64,000 nt of DNA from Candidatus Saccharimonadia bacterium (lineage in GTDB: Bacteria > Patescibacteriota > Saccharimonadia > UBA4664). Both the position numbers and the translations under genes were made by a program. Within the stretch, counting starts at the first letter, position 1. Each line of letters begins with the position of its first letter. The DNA is taken from positions 258 through 64,257 of the forward strand of contig JBBRTI010000002.1 of NCBI GenBank assembly GCA_038244585.1, written 5' to 3'. This document shows, piece after piece, positions 29,120 to 39,207 of the stretch. Below the pieces are notes generated by a model that had not been told where the DNA came from, ran no database searches, and saw only the letters and a list, made by a program, of their open reading frames with translations.

Positions 29120-29150
29120 GCCCCAGCTTGCCATTATGGCAGGCTGGGGC
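29120..29150 (+). terminator. Hairpin
   Basis: gccccagcttgcca-tta-tggcaggctggggc. Confidence 0.6.
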
Positions 29151-29230
29151 CCCAACCTAAGTACTGAACGATCGGTTCAGTCATTAGGCTGGGACCTTCC
29201 CAGGCAGTTCATTCACATCCAGGAGTCAAA

Positions 29231-29854
29231 ATGGCCCGTAAGATAAGGCGCATAGTTTTTGTGCTGTTTATCTTTGTGGGCCTGTTCATCGCGGCTCACA
29301 AAGGTTCTGAATATGGAACTAGCAAGGCGAAGTCACTGATACTGCCGCAGTCCGCCCCCAGCGGCATAGATCAGCTCCCCCCCGGAGTTGAGCCGCCTCT
29401 GCCGCTACCCACCCAGCTCTATCAGAGTGAGGGAAAGCCGTCCTGCGACAAGGTTATTGCCTCGGGACCGCTTTCAGTTATCGGGCATGTCCTTTCGGTC
29501 TATGCCGGGTTCCCGAATGCGTCGTCTAATCGCGACAATGTGGCAATTCTGGCGCAACTCCGCCGCGACGATAGTATCTCGGAAGGCTTGTTTAATCGTA
29601 CCAGCCAATCTTGGCTGAATACGACGTACAAAGCGACGTTGGCAGTGTCGGCGACAGTCAGCAGCTGCGAAGTCGGGGAGCGCTCCACGCTAGCCCAGCA
29701 GCTTCTCATCAACGTGAAGCTGAAGACGACGGACGGTAATCGGCCGGACCAACTGCTTCCGTACTCTGTTGATGTTGTCCGTTTACACGATTCCTACATG
29801 GTCACGAATATCGGTCCGCAGCAAATAAGTGTGAGCGGCGGTGGCTCGTCATGA
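29231..29854 (+). CDS. Single-TM extracytoplasmic protein (NTF2/VirB8-like candidate)
   Basis: AGGAG RBS; N-terminal TM; ends ...YMVTNI; coupled to the next gene. Confidence 0.55.
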   Translation: MARKIRRIVFVLFIFVGLFIAAHKGSEYGTSKAKSLILPQSAPSGIDQLPPGVEPPLPLPTQLYQSEGKPSCDKVIASGPLSVIGHVLSVYAGFPNASSNRDNVAILAQLRRDDSISEGLFNRTSQSWLNTTYKATLAVSATVSSCEVGERSTLAQQLLINVKLKTTDGNRPDQLLPYSVDVVRLHDSYMVTNIGPQQISVSGGGSS

Positions 29855-31638
29855 AGCGCCAGCTAGTAATCGCAGTCGTTAAGGCGGCGAATGGCAATGC
29901 TAAGCCGCTTCTGAACCTGGCACTGCCGACCATAGTAAAAACAATTGGCGTAACGGCCTCCGTCGGCATGCTGTTTAGCGGCACTGCGCTCGGTGCGGCC
30001 GTTGTGGCCGGCGGGTTGTTCGGTCAGCAGGCCGTTAAGATCAACGGCACTCAGAGCTGCACGACCCAAACCGTAGTCACGGGAGTCATAACTCAAGACG
30101 TCCCCGCCCTATATCGTCCGATTTTTACTCAAGCTGCCGCAGCCCGCGGCACCGACGTGAATTTGCTGGCGGCGATATTCTACGTTGAACATGGACGTAG
30201 CTATCCTGAGCCGCCGCCGCCCTACGGGAAAGGCAAGGCTTGGGCCGTATCTTCGGCCGCCGCTATGGGACCATTCCAGTTCATACCTTCGACGTGGCAA
30301 AGTTTCGGCGTCGACGGGAATAATGATGGTCAAATTGACCCCAACGACCTAACCGATGCAGCCTATTCGGCCGCAGGCTTTCTGACATCGCTCGGCGGAA
30401 AAGCCGGCGTCCCGCCAGGGGATCCTGCTAAACCGTACGACAAGCCGAGCATTGTCAACGTTATGGCCTCGTATAATGCTGGGCCGTCAGGCAACTTTGG
30501 CAACGGCGAAACGCAAGCCTACATCAAAAACGGGTTTGCGTACTACACCAAGCTTACTAACGGACCCTTGGCCAATCCACTGGCTGACACGACGATATCG
30601 GAATGCACGACGACATTTGAAGCGTCAGACACTACGCAATCGCCGAAAGTCTTTGCCTACGGCAGTACGATGCTCGCTGGCATATCCGCCGGCGGGCTCG
30701 GCACAAATCTGTCGGCTCAATCAGTTCAATTGAACGTGTCGGCTTCACCTGGTATGACGCTTGATGAGGCGGCCTTAGGTTTGTCGAATCTTGCGCCTAA
30801 GCTAGTTGAGGCTAAAGCGATCATACTGTCCTTTGGGGACGCGGCGATAGACGGGACCGGAGCTGCCTACGTGGCGAAGGTGAAGTCAATTGTCGCTAAG
30901 GTGCGGGTTATAAATCCAACTGCCAATATTTGGTGGGTCGATGCCAACACGCGGACGCCCGATTCCATACTTGACCCGCTACTGACGACAGCGGCCGAGG
31001 CCGGCGGTTTCAAATTGGTGTATTGGAAACGCCTAGCCAGACTAAGTGCCACTTCCGGTGGACCCAGCTGGACTGCAGAGGGTAGTAGCACGCAGCTGTC
31101 CGGCACAGGAGACCTAAAGGTCGCGGCATTAGTTGGTCAGTCCGTAATGGAAGACCTGACGCTAGCCGATAAGGTCTACGTCTTGCGCGGCAACGCCAAG
31201 TATTTGGCCATGCAGGTATTGGTGACTACGAATATCAGACTTAGCGGCCGCTTGGTACGCCAAGACTTAACTCTTGCCAGTCAAGGAAAGCCAGGATCAT
31301 CAGGCGTTCCGTTGTCGGCTAATATGTTGGCAATCTTATTGGAGCTTGCCAAGACGCGTCAAGTAACAGTTACGGCCATCGAGAGTGGTGGAACTGGTCA
31401 TGCTGGCGGCAGTAATCACTATGATGGAACGGCCTTGGATATTGATATCGGGCCGGCCGGAAATGCGGCGATAGTCACGCAGCTTTACAATCATCGCGCT
31501 GATTTAGGCATCGGCGACCTGATCTACAGCCCGATGCCGGCCGGTACCACAACTCTCAAGCACGGCATCGCGCTTACTTACAATTCTGCGACAATGAGCG
31601 AACACACGAACCACGTGCATTTCAGCTCGAACAAATAG
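29851..31638 (+). CDS. Multidomain peptidoglycan hydrolase: lytic transglycosylase + SGNH-like + Zn peptidase-like (VirB1/TcpG position)
   Basis: VEH...SSAAAMGPFQFIPSTW..DGN.DG, SYNAG; AYGS/ILSFG/IWWV; SNHYDGTALDI...HTNHVH. Confidence 0.8.
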   Translation: MKRQLVIAVVKAANGNAKPLLNLALPTIVKTIGVTASVGMLFSGTALGAAVVAGGLFGQQAVKINGTQSCTTQTVVTGVITQDVPALYRPIFTQAAAARGTDVNLLAAIFYVEHGRSYPEPPPPYGKGKAWAVSSAAAMGPFQFIPSTWQSFGVDGNNDGQIDPNDLTDAAYSAAGFLTSLGGKAGVPPGDPAKPYDKPSIVNVMASYNAGPSGNFGNGETQAYIKNGFAYYTKLTNGPLANPLADTTISECTTTFEASDTTQSPKVFAYGSTMLAGISAGGLGTNLSAQSVQLNVSASPGMTLDEAALGLSNLAPKLVEAKAIILSFGDAAIDGTGAAYVAKVKSIVAKVRVINPTANIWWVDANTRTPDSILDPLLTTAAEAGGFKLVYWKRLARLSATSGGPSWTAEGSSTQLSGTGDLKVAALVGQSVMEDLTLADKVYVLRGNAKYLAMQVLVTTNIRLSGRLVRQDLTLASQGKPGSSGVPLSANMLAILLELAKTRQVTVTAIESGGTGHAGGSNHYDGTALDIDIGPAGNAAIVTQLYNHRADLGIGDLIYSPMPAGTTTLKHGIALTYNSATMSEHTNHVHFSSNK

Positions 31639-31645
31639 CTCCAAC

Positions 31646-31676
31646 GGCCCGCACGAATCATTCGTGCGGGCCTTTT
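31646..31676 (+). terminator. Intrinsic terminator
   Basis: ggcccgcacgaa-tca-ttcgtgcgggcc-tttt. Confidence 0.8.
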
Positions 31677-31719
31677 ACTTGCAAGAAAAACCCCGCCTAA
31701 GCGGGGTAACAGGGCCAAG

Positions 31720-32220
31720 CTAGCGAAAACTAACTTGAAGGTAGGTGCCGGACGTATCACTGATAGTTGTGGCTGAACCGCCTCGTGACGCAACCCAGGC
31801 TATGAAAGATTGAATCTCGGCACTGCCGCTGGTTACAGCTACGCTATTTATGGAGTTCAAATCAATGGTGTCGGGCCTAGGAAAATTCCGGATATTCAGC
31901 GAAAATTGCGCCGATGCTGCCTGCAAGAGAAAGGCCGTTGCCGGCTGCCCCATACAGACTCCAGCGGATGAATTACTCGCCGAATCAGAGACGAGGTGGC
32001 GCGATTGGGTCAGCGCGGCCACGTTTGGGTGAACGCAGGCTGCCTGCGCCTGAATCGGCGTGACGCCTTTAGCGGAATGCAGGCTCGTTATCACCAGTAC
32101 CAAAACCAAGGAGGTAATAGCAAAGGTGATTGATACGAGCAATAAGCGTTTGTGTTGGGACAGCAGAGCGTACGGCTTTCCTGTTTTTAGCCACGGTTGC
32201 GCGATCGTTGGGTGAGACAT
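31720..32220 (-). CDS. Hypothetical single-TM protein
   Basis: GAGGAG RBS; N-terminal TM; Cys pair. Confidence 0.65.
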   Translation of the reverse strand: MSHPTIAQPWLKTGKPYALLSQHKRLLLVSITFAITSLVLVLVITSLHSAKGVTPIQAQAACVHPNVAALTQSRHLVSDSASNSSAGVCMGQPATAFLLQAASAQFSLNIRNFPRPDTIDLNSINSVAVTSGSAEIQSFIAWVASRGGSATTISDTSGTYLQVSFR

Positions 32221-32354
32221 TAAGGTCTCCTCTCTCGGGTCCGGATAGCTCAGGTTATTATACCATAATATTGCTTGTTCTTGCGTTTTGACACTTTTAG
32301 CATAAGATTACAGGGTGCTCCATTTTCCGGAGAGCTCTTTGAGAGGAAAAAGCA

Positions 32355-32948
32355 ATGCTTACTTTATCGGGTACGGCCATCGGGGTAGCAATCCTCGTTG
32401 TGGTGTTCTTGGCGATAGTTGCCAGGGTCATTATTCGTTGGCTTGAAGATCGGAAGGCCAACCGTTGGGAAGAGCTGCGCCAGGCAATCGATAACACCGC
32501 AATTCTGACGGATATCGGGGACGTGCGGCGGAAACACGGCGTTTTTCAGATACCAGTAGACAACGGGGTATTCTCCGGCGTCTGCAAGTTCGACCCCCGC
32601 ACTCAGGTTCTTAACTATTCAAAAGCCGGATTTGGAGCAACTGCCAATCTCAAAGGTCGTTCGGTAGAGACATACGTCGCCATCATCGACACTTTTTTAC
32701 GCAGTCTGAACGTCCAGCAGGAATCATCGGTGCAACAGGTATTTGTTGCTCCGGAGGCTCAAGAAGCAGATGCGTCCGAGACGGAGATTAGCCCTCAGGG
32801 CGGACAGGCAAGTAATTACGGCGGCGACCAACCTAGCGGTGAGTACACCGTCGGTGAGGGTAGTGACGAAACGCACCGCCGTGCCGAGGAGTCAGATCAG
32901 ACCGGCTGGCCACCTGAGGCCACGGTTGGTCAGACGCGCAGCTACTAG
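32355..32948 (+). CDS. Hypothetical single-TM protein with acidic tail
   Basis: GAGG RBS; N-terminal TM; terminator at 32978-33000. Confidence 0.65.
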   Translation: MLTLSGTAIGVAILVVVFLAIVARVIIRWLEDRKANRWEELRQAIDNTAILTDIGDVRRKHGVFQIPVDNGVFSGVCKFDPRTQVLNYSKAGFGATANLKGRSVETYVAIIDTFLRSLNVQQESSVQQVFVAPEAQEADASETEISPQGGQASNYGGDQPSGEYTVGEGSDETHRRAEESDQTGWPPEATVGQTRSY

Positions 32949-32977
32949 GACTCGCCAATTTCTCGACCTCACGGTCC

Positions 32978-33000
32978 GCCCGCAAAATGCGGGCTTTTTT
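32978..33000 (+). terminator. Intrinsic terminator
   Basis: gcccgca-aaa-tgcgggc-tttttt. Confidence 0.7.
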
Positions 33001-33484
33001 ATTTGGTGCGGAGGTTGATAGTAGCGCCGTCTTCGGCACGAGGCGCGGCCAGCTCGAGTCTGCCTTGGACGTCTTGCATAATCGTATAGCCGCTGGCGGT
33101 CATGCCCTGACCGCCGACCGGATCAGACGGGAGAGATTGCAGCCCGACGTCTGGATTAACCAGGAAGTTCAAGTCCACCGTCTTGGCTTTTCGGCAATCG
33201 ACGCTCGACGCGGTACAAATTTGTGTCGGTGTTTTAGGAATGGCAACCGGCAGGGACTGATGGTCCTTCAAATAGGTGGAAACGGCCTGAGACAAGCTAG
33301 CCAGGGCCGCGGTGCGCTCGGCGTTACGGGTGGCCGGCGTGCTGCTTACCGGCTTAGTGACGGGTGGCTTTGCCGGGTTGCTCAACAGTAATATCAGGCC
33401 GATCGTAACCGCGATGGTGCCTATACTATAGCCAATGAGCCGCCGGCGGAGCCGCCGCCGCTTTACGTCTTCCCAAGGTTTCAT
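32999..33484 (-). CDS. Pilin/pseudopilin-like single-TM protein
   Basis: RNAER...L..L..A...Y, LPSDP, GY.I...GR...AP.AE resemble CPR type IV pilin heads; no prepilin cleavage motif. Confidence 0.55.
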   Translation of the reverse strand: MKPWEDVKRRRLRRRLIGYSIGTIAVTIGLILLLSNPAKPPVTKPVSSTPATRNAERTAALASLSQAVSTYLKDHQSLPVAIPKTPTQICTASSVDCRKAKTVDLNFLVNPDVGLQSLPSDPVGGQGMTASGYTIMQDVQGRLELAAPRAEDGATINLRTK

Positions 33485-33557
33485 ACCTTATTTGTACCAT
33501 AAGCGTCTTGCGATAGCGATGATTCATAAGCGGTATTAACAATGATATAATAGTGCA

Positions 33558-34541
33558 ATGAATACCACACCCGACACCATATATGACCTCATTATTATCG
33601 GCGCCGGCCCCACGGGGCTGGCTGCAGCCATTTATGCCTCCCGAGAAGGCATGTCGACGCTGGTAATTGAAAAAGGCATAATCGGCGGCATGGCGGCTAT
33701 TACCGATGTCATCGACAATTATCCGGGCTTTGAAGACGGCGTCAGCGGGCTGGAGTTGGCTGACCACCTGACAGCCCAAGCCAAGCGCTTCGGAGCTGAG
33801 ATCGTAACCGGTGTTGAGGCTGTAGATCTATCGAGCGACGGGGCTGGGATAACGATTTTGACTAAGAAACAGCCGTTGAAAGCGCTGGCGGTCCTGATTG
33901 CGACCGGTTCGACCTATCGCGAGCTGGGGATCCCAGGTGAGTCCGAGCTGATCGGCCGTGGCGTGCACTTCTGTGCTACCTGCGACGGCCCGGTTTATCG
34001 TGGCAAAGACCTGGTGGTGGTGGGCGGCGGCAACTCGGCTCTGCAGGAAACGCTGTTTCTGGCCAGGTTCGCCAAACATATCACCATGGTGGTGCGCGGC
34101 CGCGACCTCGGCGGCAGCGAAATCCTGCGTGAGCAGGTCAGGCGCCTGAACAACCTTGATATACGTTTTCAGACCGTGCCTAATCGCATTGTCGCGGCCG
34201 AGGGCGGTATCGGCGTCAAGCACGTCGAAGTAACCAAAGCCAGCAAAGCCGGCAAGGCCGACATAGTTCCCGCCGACGGCGTCTTTGTCTTTGTCGGGCT
34301 GCTCCCTAATACCGACGCCTTCTGCGGCAAGCTCGACACCGACGAGCACCGTTTCCTCAAAACCAGTGCCAAATTTGAATCCAGCCTGCCTGGCGTTTAC
34401 GTTGCCGGAGATGTTCGTAGCGGCTCAACCTGGCAGATTGCCAGCGCCGTAGGGGAAGGCGTGAGTGCAACGCTGGCAATTCGCAGCTACCTCGACGAGC
34501 TCAAGTTCGCTCCAGCCGAGACAAAAGCCGAAATTAACTAA
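33558..34541 (+). CDS. trxB: Thioredoxin-disulfide reductase
   Basis: GAGPTG, NYPG, CATCDG, GGGNSA, AGD. Confidence 0.93.
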   Translation: MNTTPDTIYDLIIIGAGPTGLAAAIYASREGMSTLVIEKGIIGGMAAITDVIDNYPGFEDGVSGLELADHLTAQAKRFGAEIVTGVEAVDLSSDGAGITILTKKQPLKALAVLIATGSTYRELGIPGESELIGRGVHFCATCDGPVYRGKDLVVVGGGNSALQETLFLARFAKHITMVVRGRDLGGSEILREQVRRLNNLDIRFQTVPNRIVAAEGGIGVKHVEVTKASKAGKADIVPADGVFVFVGLLPNTDAFCGKLDTDEHRFLKTSAKFESSLPGVYVAGDVRSGSTWQIASAVGEGVSATLAIRSYLDELKFAPAETKAEIN

Positions 34542-34945
34542 GCTGCGTGTTCGGCGGCTTCGGCCGCGTCGGCGTCCGCCTTGGTCTGATGGACCGTTCC
34601 TTCGGGATGTTGGGCCGGCGAATATACAGAATAAAGGCGCAAATCCTTCTCGCCGATGTTGATGATATTGTGCCACGTACCAGCCGGCACGATGATGGCC
34701 CAGTCGTCACTGGCGTCATAAGTTTCCTCAACTTCAGCCTCATTGGTGCTGAGTTCCACTAATGCCTTGCCCTGCTCTATGCGCAGGAACTGGTCGTGGT
34801 CGGGATGGACTTCGTTGCCGATTTCCTCACCTGGCTCGAGGTTCATGACGGTCAGCTGCGAATGCTTACCAGTGTAGAGCACGGTGCGGAACGTTTTGTT
34901 CTCGACAGTTAGTTTTTCGATGTCGTTTATCCATCCAAGGGCCAT
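34538..34945 (-). CDS. Cupin-domain protein
   Basis: EIG.EVH...DQFLRIEQG; VPAGTWHN; GGAGG RBS. Confidence 0.9.
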   Translation of the reverse strand: MALGWINDIEKLTVENKTFRTVLYTGKHSQLTVMNLEPGEEIGNEVHPDHDQFLRIEQGKALVELSTNEAEVEETYDASDDWAIIVPAGTWHNIINIGEKDLRLYSVYSPAQHPEGTVHQTKADADAAEAAEHAA

Positions 34946-35040
34946 GACAACCTCCATATTTACGTTCGGGGAAGCTGAAATCGCTTGTTTCCCGCTGCTT
35001 TCATTCTAACATGTGGTAAGGGATGCCGTAATTGGGTATC

Positions 35041-36447
35041 ATGACAAACATGACATCCCTTACCGTACTCGACACAACCAATCATATCGGCACTACCGTA
35101 ACAGTCCGCGGCTGGATTCATAGCATCCGTGATATGGGCAAGATTACCTTTATCGACCTGCGTGACCACACAGGGCTATTACAGGTCGTAATTGCCGATT
35201 CCGTCACGATGCCGCGCCTGGGCATTGAGTACGTCATCGAGGTAACCGGTGAGGTTAAGGAACGCGGCGAACGATTTCGCAACCCTAAATTGGCCACGGG
35301 TACAGTTGAGCTGGGGGCGGCTAGCGTCGTCGTCTTGAACGAAGCCGTCGAACTGCCGTTCGAAGTCAAAAAGGATACTCTGAACATCAACGAGGAACTG
35401 CGGCTGAAATACCGCTATCTTGACATGCGCAGCGAGCGAATGACGACCAATCTTCGCCTGCGTCACCGCATTATCAAGTTCCTGCGCGACTTCATGGACG
35501 GGCAGGGGTTCATCGAAGTAGAGACGCCGATGCTTACTAAAGGCACGCCGGAAGGTTCACGCGAGTTTTTGGTACCCTCCCGCCTGCATCCCGAAGAATT
35601 CTACGTCCTGCCGCAAAGCCCGCAACAGTTCAAGCAGCTGCTAATGGTCGGCGGAATTGGCCGGTACTTCCAGATTGCCCGTTGTATGCGCGATGAGGAC
35701 CAGCGCGGCGACCGTCAGCCCGAGTTTACCCAGCTCGATATTGAAGCCTCGTTCGTCAACCAGGAAGACATCATTGCGCTCAATGAAGCTATGATGACGG
35801 AACTTATTAAAACGCAATTTCCCGACAAGAAAATCTCCGAACTGCCGTTCCCGCGCCTGACTTATGCCGAAAGCATGAAAAAATACAGCACCGATAAGCC
35901 CGACTTGCGCCGCGACAAGGATGACCCGAACGAGCTGGCCTTTGTCTGGATCATCGATTTTCCTATGTTTGAAATCAACACCGGCAGCAGTAAGGTGGAT
36001 GCCGTCCACCATCCGTTTACCGCCCCGCTGGCGGCCGATGCCGGACTTCTGGAGTCTAAACCCATGGATGTCAGGGCCGACGCCTACGACATCGTCCTTA
36101 ACGGCTACGAAATCGGCGGCGGCTCTATCCGTATCCACGATGCTGCTCTGCAGAACCGGGTCTTTGAACTGCTGGGTATCGGTAAGAAAGATATCCAGGA
36201 GCGTTTCGGCCACATGCTAGAGGCCTTCACCTTTGGAGCTCCGCCCCACGGCGGCATTGCCTACGGTCTGGACCGGCTGGTGATGATTTTGGCAAACGAG
36301 CCGAATATCCGCGAAGTCATGGCTTTTCCCAAGACCGGTGATGCTCGTGACCCGCTGACCGGCGCTCCAGGAGCCGTCACTGAGCTTGCCCTGACGGAAG
36401 CCCATATCAAAACCGTTCCGGATCTCAAGAAACCGACCCGCTCCTAA
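35041..36447 (+). CDS. aspS: Aspartyl-tRNA synthetase (short, lacks GAD insertion domain)
   Basis: RLKYRYLD, TPEG.R, LPQSPQ, RDED.R.DRQPEF, GGGSIR, GAPPHGG. Confidence 0.96.
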   Translation: MTNMTSLTVLDTTNHIGTTVTVRGWIHSIRDMGKITFIDLRDHTGLLQVVIADSVTMPRLGIEYVIEVTGEVKERGERFRNPKLATGTVELGAASVVVLNEAVELPFEVKKDTLNINEELRLKYRYLDMRSERMTTNLRLRHRIIKFLRDFMDGQGFIEVETPMLTKGTPEGSREFLVPSRLHPEEFYVLPQSPQQFKQLLMVGGIGRYFQIARCMRDEDQRGDRQPEFTQLDIEASFVNQEDIIALNEAMMTELIKTQFPDKKISELPFPRLTYAESMKKYSTDKPDLRRDKDDPNELAFVWIIDFPMFEINTGSSKVDAVHHPFTAPLAADAGLLESKPMDVRADAYDIVLNGYEIGGGSIRIHDAALQNRVFELLGIGKKDIQERFGHMLEAFTFGAPPHGGIAYGLDRLVMILANEPNIREVMAFPKTGDARDPLTGAPGAVTELALTEAHIKTVPDLKKPTRS

Positions 36448-36554
36448 CTGAAGCAAGGTCGTGACAAAAACGTCACAAGCTGGTACAATATAACAAACAT
36501 CAACCGCGCCCCGGCGTATTTCCTTGCCGCGGCGCTTTCATTTGGATTAATCGC

Positions 36555-38399
36555 ATGACTCAAGCTACTAATAACATCCGTAACGTTGCCATTATCGCCC
36601 ACGTCGACCATGGCAAGACCACGCTCGTCGACGGTCTGCTTAAGCAGTCCAAAACCTTCCGTGAAAATCAGGCCGAAATGAAACAGACGGCTATCCTCGA
36701 CACCGGGGACTTGGAGCGAGAGCGCGGCATTACTATTTCCGCCAAGACTATCGCGGTCAACCATGACGGGTTCAAGATCAACATCATCGACACCCCCGGT
36801 CACGCCGACTTCAGCGGTGAAGTCGAGCGAACGCTAAACCTGGCCGACGGCTGCCTGCTGATCATCGACGCGCAGGAAGGCCCGATGCCGCAGACTAAGT
36901 TCGTGCTTACACGCGCCCTGGCTCTGGGCCTGAAGCCGATCGTCGTGGTCAACAAGATTGATAAGCGCGACCGTCGCATCGACGAAGTCATCGACGAGGT
37001 TGGCAGCTTGTTCTTGGACCTGGCCATCAACGACGATCAGCTCGAATTTCCGATATATTATGCTATTGGCCGCGACGGCAAGTCATGGGACCATGTGCCG
37101 ACCGACGCCGAAATTGAGGCTCCGGCTGATCTTGAGCCGATCTTCAATGCCATCATTACTGAGATCCCCGAACCACGCGTCGACGCGGCTGGCCCGTTCC
37201 AGATGCTCGTGACCTCGCTGACCTGGGACTCGTTCCTCGGTAAGTACGCCATCGGCCGTATCCAGCGCGGTAGTCTCAAAGCCGGTCAGGCGTTGGCTCT
37301 AATTGACCGCGACGGCAAAGTTTCAAGTACCCGCGCCGACAAATTGTTCGTTGCTCTGGGGCTTGAGCGTGTCGAAGTAACCGAGGCTGTAGCCGGTGAT
37401 ATCGTTTGGATTACGGGTATTGGCGGCGCCTCCATTGGCGCAACTGTCACGGCAGCCGAAGCTCCGGAAGCTCTGCCGGTAATGGAGATTGAGGCACCGA
37501 CGCTCCAGATTCGCATCGGCCCAAACACCTCACCATACGCCGGGCGTGAAGGCAAATACACTACTAGCCGCCAAATCGGGGCGCGGCTTGAGCGTGAGCT
37601 TGAAACCAACGTCGGTTTGCGCGTCGTCGACCGTGGCAGCGATTTCCTAGTTTCCGGACGCGGCGAACTCCATCTGTCGGTCCTCATAGAGACCCTCCGC
37701 CGTGAAGGCTTCGAGTTGGAAGTCGGCCGGCCGCAGGTCGTTACCAAACAGGAAGAGGGCAAGATTCTGGAGCCCGTAGAAGAACTGATTATCGAAGTGC
37801 CGGAAGAGTACGTTGGCGCGGTGACCGGTGAATTGGGCCGCCGCCGGGGCGAAATGGTAACGATGGAGCCGACCACTAAGGCAACCATCCGTCTCATCTT
37901 CCGTCTGCCAACCCGTGCCCTGCTCGGTCTGCGCAATATCCTGTTAACGGGCACCAAGGGAACCGCCATCGTCAACAGCCTCCTTATTGGCTACGAGCCG
38001 CTGGGCGCACCGTTGCAGCAGCTTCGTAACGGCGTCCTGATTTCAGCTGAGACCGGCAGCGCCACTATTTACAGCCTCAAGACCGTCGAAGAGCGGGGGA
38101 CTGCCTACATCGGACCATCAACCAAGGTTTACGAAGGTATGATTATCGGCCTCAACCGCCGTGGCGACGACATGGAAATCAACGTTACCAAGGAAAAGAA
38201 ACTGACCAACGTCCGTGCCTCGAGCACCGACATGACCACTCAGCTGACGCCCTACACTGAGCTTACACTTGAAGAGGCTTTGGATTTCATCGAAAACGAT
38301 GAGCTATTGGAAGTGACGCCTGAGAACATCCGGATGCGCAAGCGCTATCTGCTCCCTCACGAGCGAAAGCATCACCGCAACCAGGCTTTGGCCGCCTAA
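36555..38399 (+). CDS. typA: Translational GTPase TypA/BipA
   Basis: [41 protein letters not shown]. Confidence 0.97.
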   Translation: MTQATNNIRNVAIIAHVDHGKTTLVDGLLKQSKTFRENQAEMKQTAILDTGDLERERGITISAKTIAVNHDGFKINIIDTPGHADFSGEVERTLNLADGCLLIIDAQEGPMPQTKFVLTRALALGLKPIVVVNKIDKRDRRIDEVIDEVGSLFLDLAINDDQLEFPIYYAIGRDGKSWDHVPTDAEIEAPADLEPIFNAIITEIPEPRVDAAGPFQMLVTSLTWDSFLGKYAIGRIQRGSLKAGQALALIDRDGKVSSTRADKLFVALGLERVEVTEAVAGDIVWITGIGGASIGATVTAAEAPEALPVMEIEAPTLQIRIGPNTSPYAGREGKYTTSRQIGARLERELETNVGLRVVDRGSDFLVSGRGELHLSVLIETLRREGFELEVGRPQVVTKQEEGKILEPVEELIIEVPEEYVGAVTGELGRRRGEMVTMEPTTKATIRLIFRLPTRALLGLRNILLTGTKGTAIVNSLLIGYEPLGAPLQQLRNGVLISAETGSATIYSLKTVEERGTAYIGPSTKVYEGMIIGLNRRGDDMEINVTKEKKLTNVRASSTDMTTQLTPYTELTLEEALDFIENDELLEVTPENIRMRKRYLLPHERKHHRNQALAA

Positions 38400-38404
38400 T
38401 TACA

Positions 38405-38428
38405 GCTACCGCCTTCGGGCGGTAGTTT
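38405..38428 (+). terminator. Intrinsic terminator
   Basis: gctaccgcc-ttcg-ggcggtagt-tt. Confidence 0.8.
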
Positions 38429-38708
38429 GCGTTTATCAGCACACCGAGCTGAGCATAAAGATGCGGGTGTCTCATTTAGCTATAGTAAGAAAATGTATCA
38501 CCCGGTGACACAAAATCGACCTATGCCCAAAAATACCCCGGCCCCAGTAGTTTACGCGCCCAAGGTGAACAGTACCCACTCGCTTGTATTGACGTAGCGT
38601 AAGAAGTGTGTTATGATATTCCCTGATCATCGTGATCATTACTTCGCACCCTGAAATGAGTTGATTATTGTGGCTTCCAACAGCCAATACAGCTTCAAGA
38701 CCTACCAC

Positions 38709-39053
38709 ATGGCCAACCGTCTGTTTGTCGTAGGACTACTCGTGTTCTGCGTGGCAGTCGTCAGCTTTTTCTTCGTGGACGTTAACAGCACGCGGACTCT
38801 CTGGCCATTTATTCCAGCATTTGGAGTCACTGGGTTGTGCGTCGGGCACATCGTTTACCCAACGGCCAAGCGTAAGGAAATCGTGTGGGACGTGCTGCTG
38901 GCCATGGTTGCACTCTCGGGGATGACCGCCGTAATCTACGCTAGGGCAGCGACGAATGGTGTGACCATTATCAACTTGGCGTTGTGCCTCACTCTCGCGC
39001 TCACCCACAACATGAGCGTAAGACCAATCCCGACCGTCAAATCGCACGGTTAA
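38709..39053 (+). CDS. Four-TM hypothetical protein
   Basis: Four hydrophobic segments. Confidence 0.55.
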   Translation: MANRLFVVGLLVFCVAVVSFFFVDVNSTRTLWPFIPAFGVTGLCVGHIVYPTAKRKEIVWDVLLAMVALSGMTAVIYARAATNGVTIINLALCLTLALTHNMSVRPIPTVKSHG

Positions 39054-39207
39054 TCAACACTTCACTCTCCGGGTGCGAAACCGGCAGCCGACTCCCAGCC
39101 TTTATGGCGAACGAGTCGGCTGTCGGCCCCCCAATGACAGTTGCCCTCCCGGGCTTTTTTTGTGCCCAAAACTTGGCCGCGGCAGTGACAACGTTTACAA
39201 TAAGCTA

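Noticed and set aside
16500-32300. Integrative conjugative element or prophage call
   Set aside because: No integrase, relaxase, coupling protein, att repeats or phage structural genes were found.
37286-37975. 229-aa minus-strand ORF
   Set aside because: Antisense to typA.
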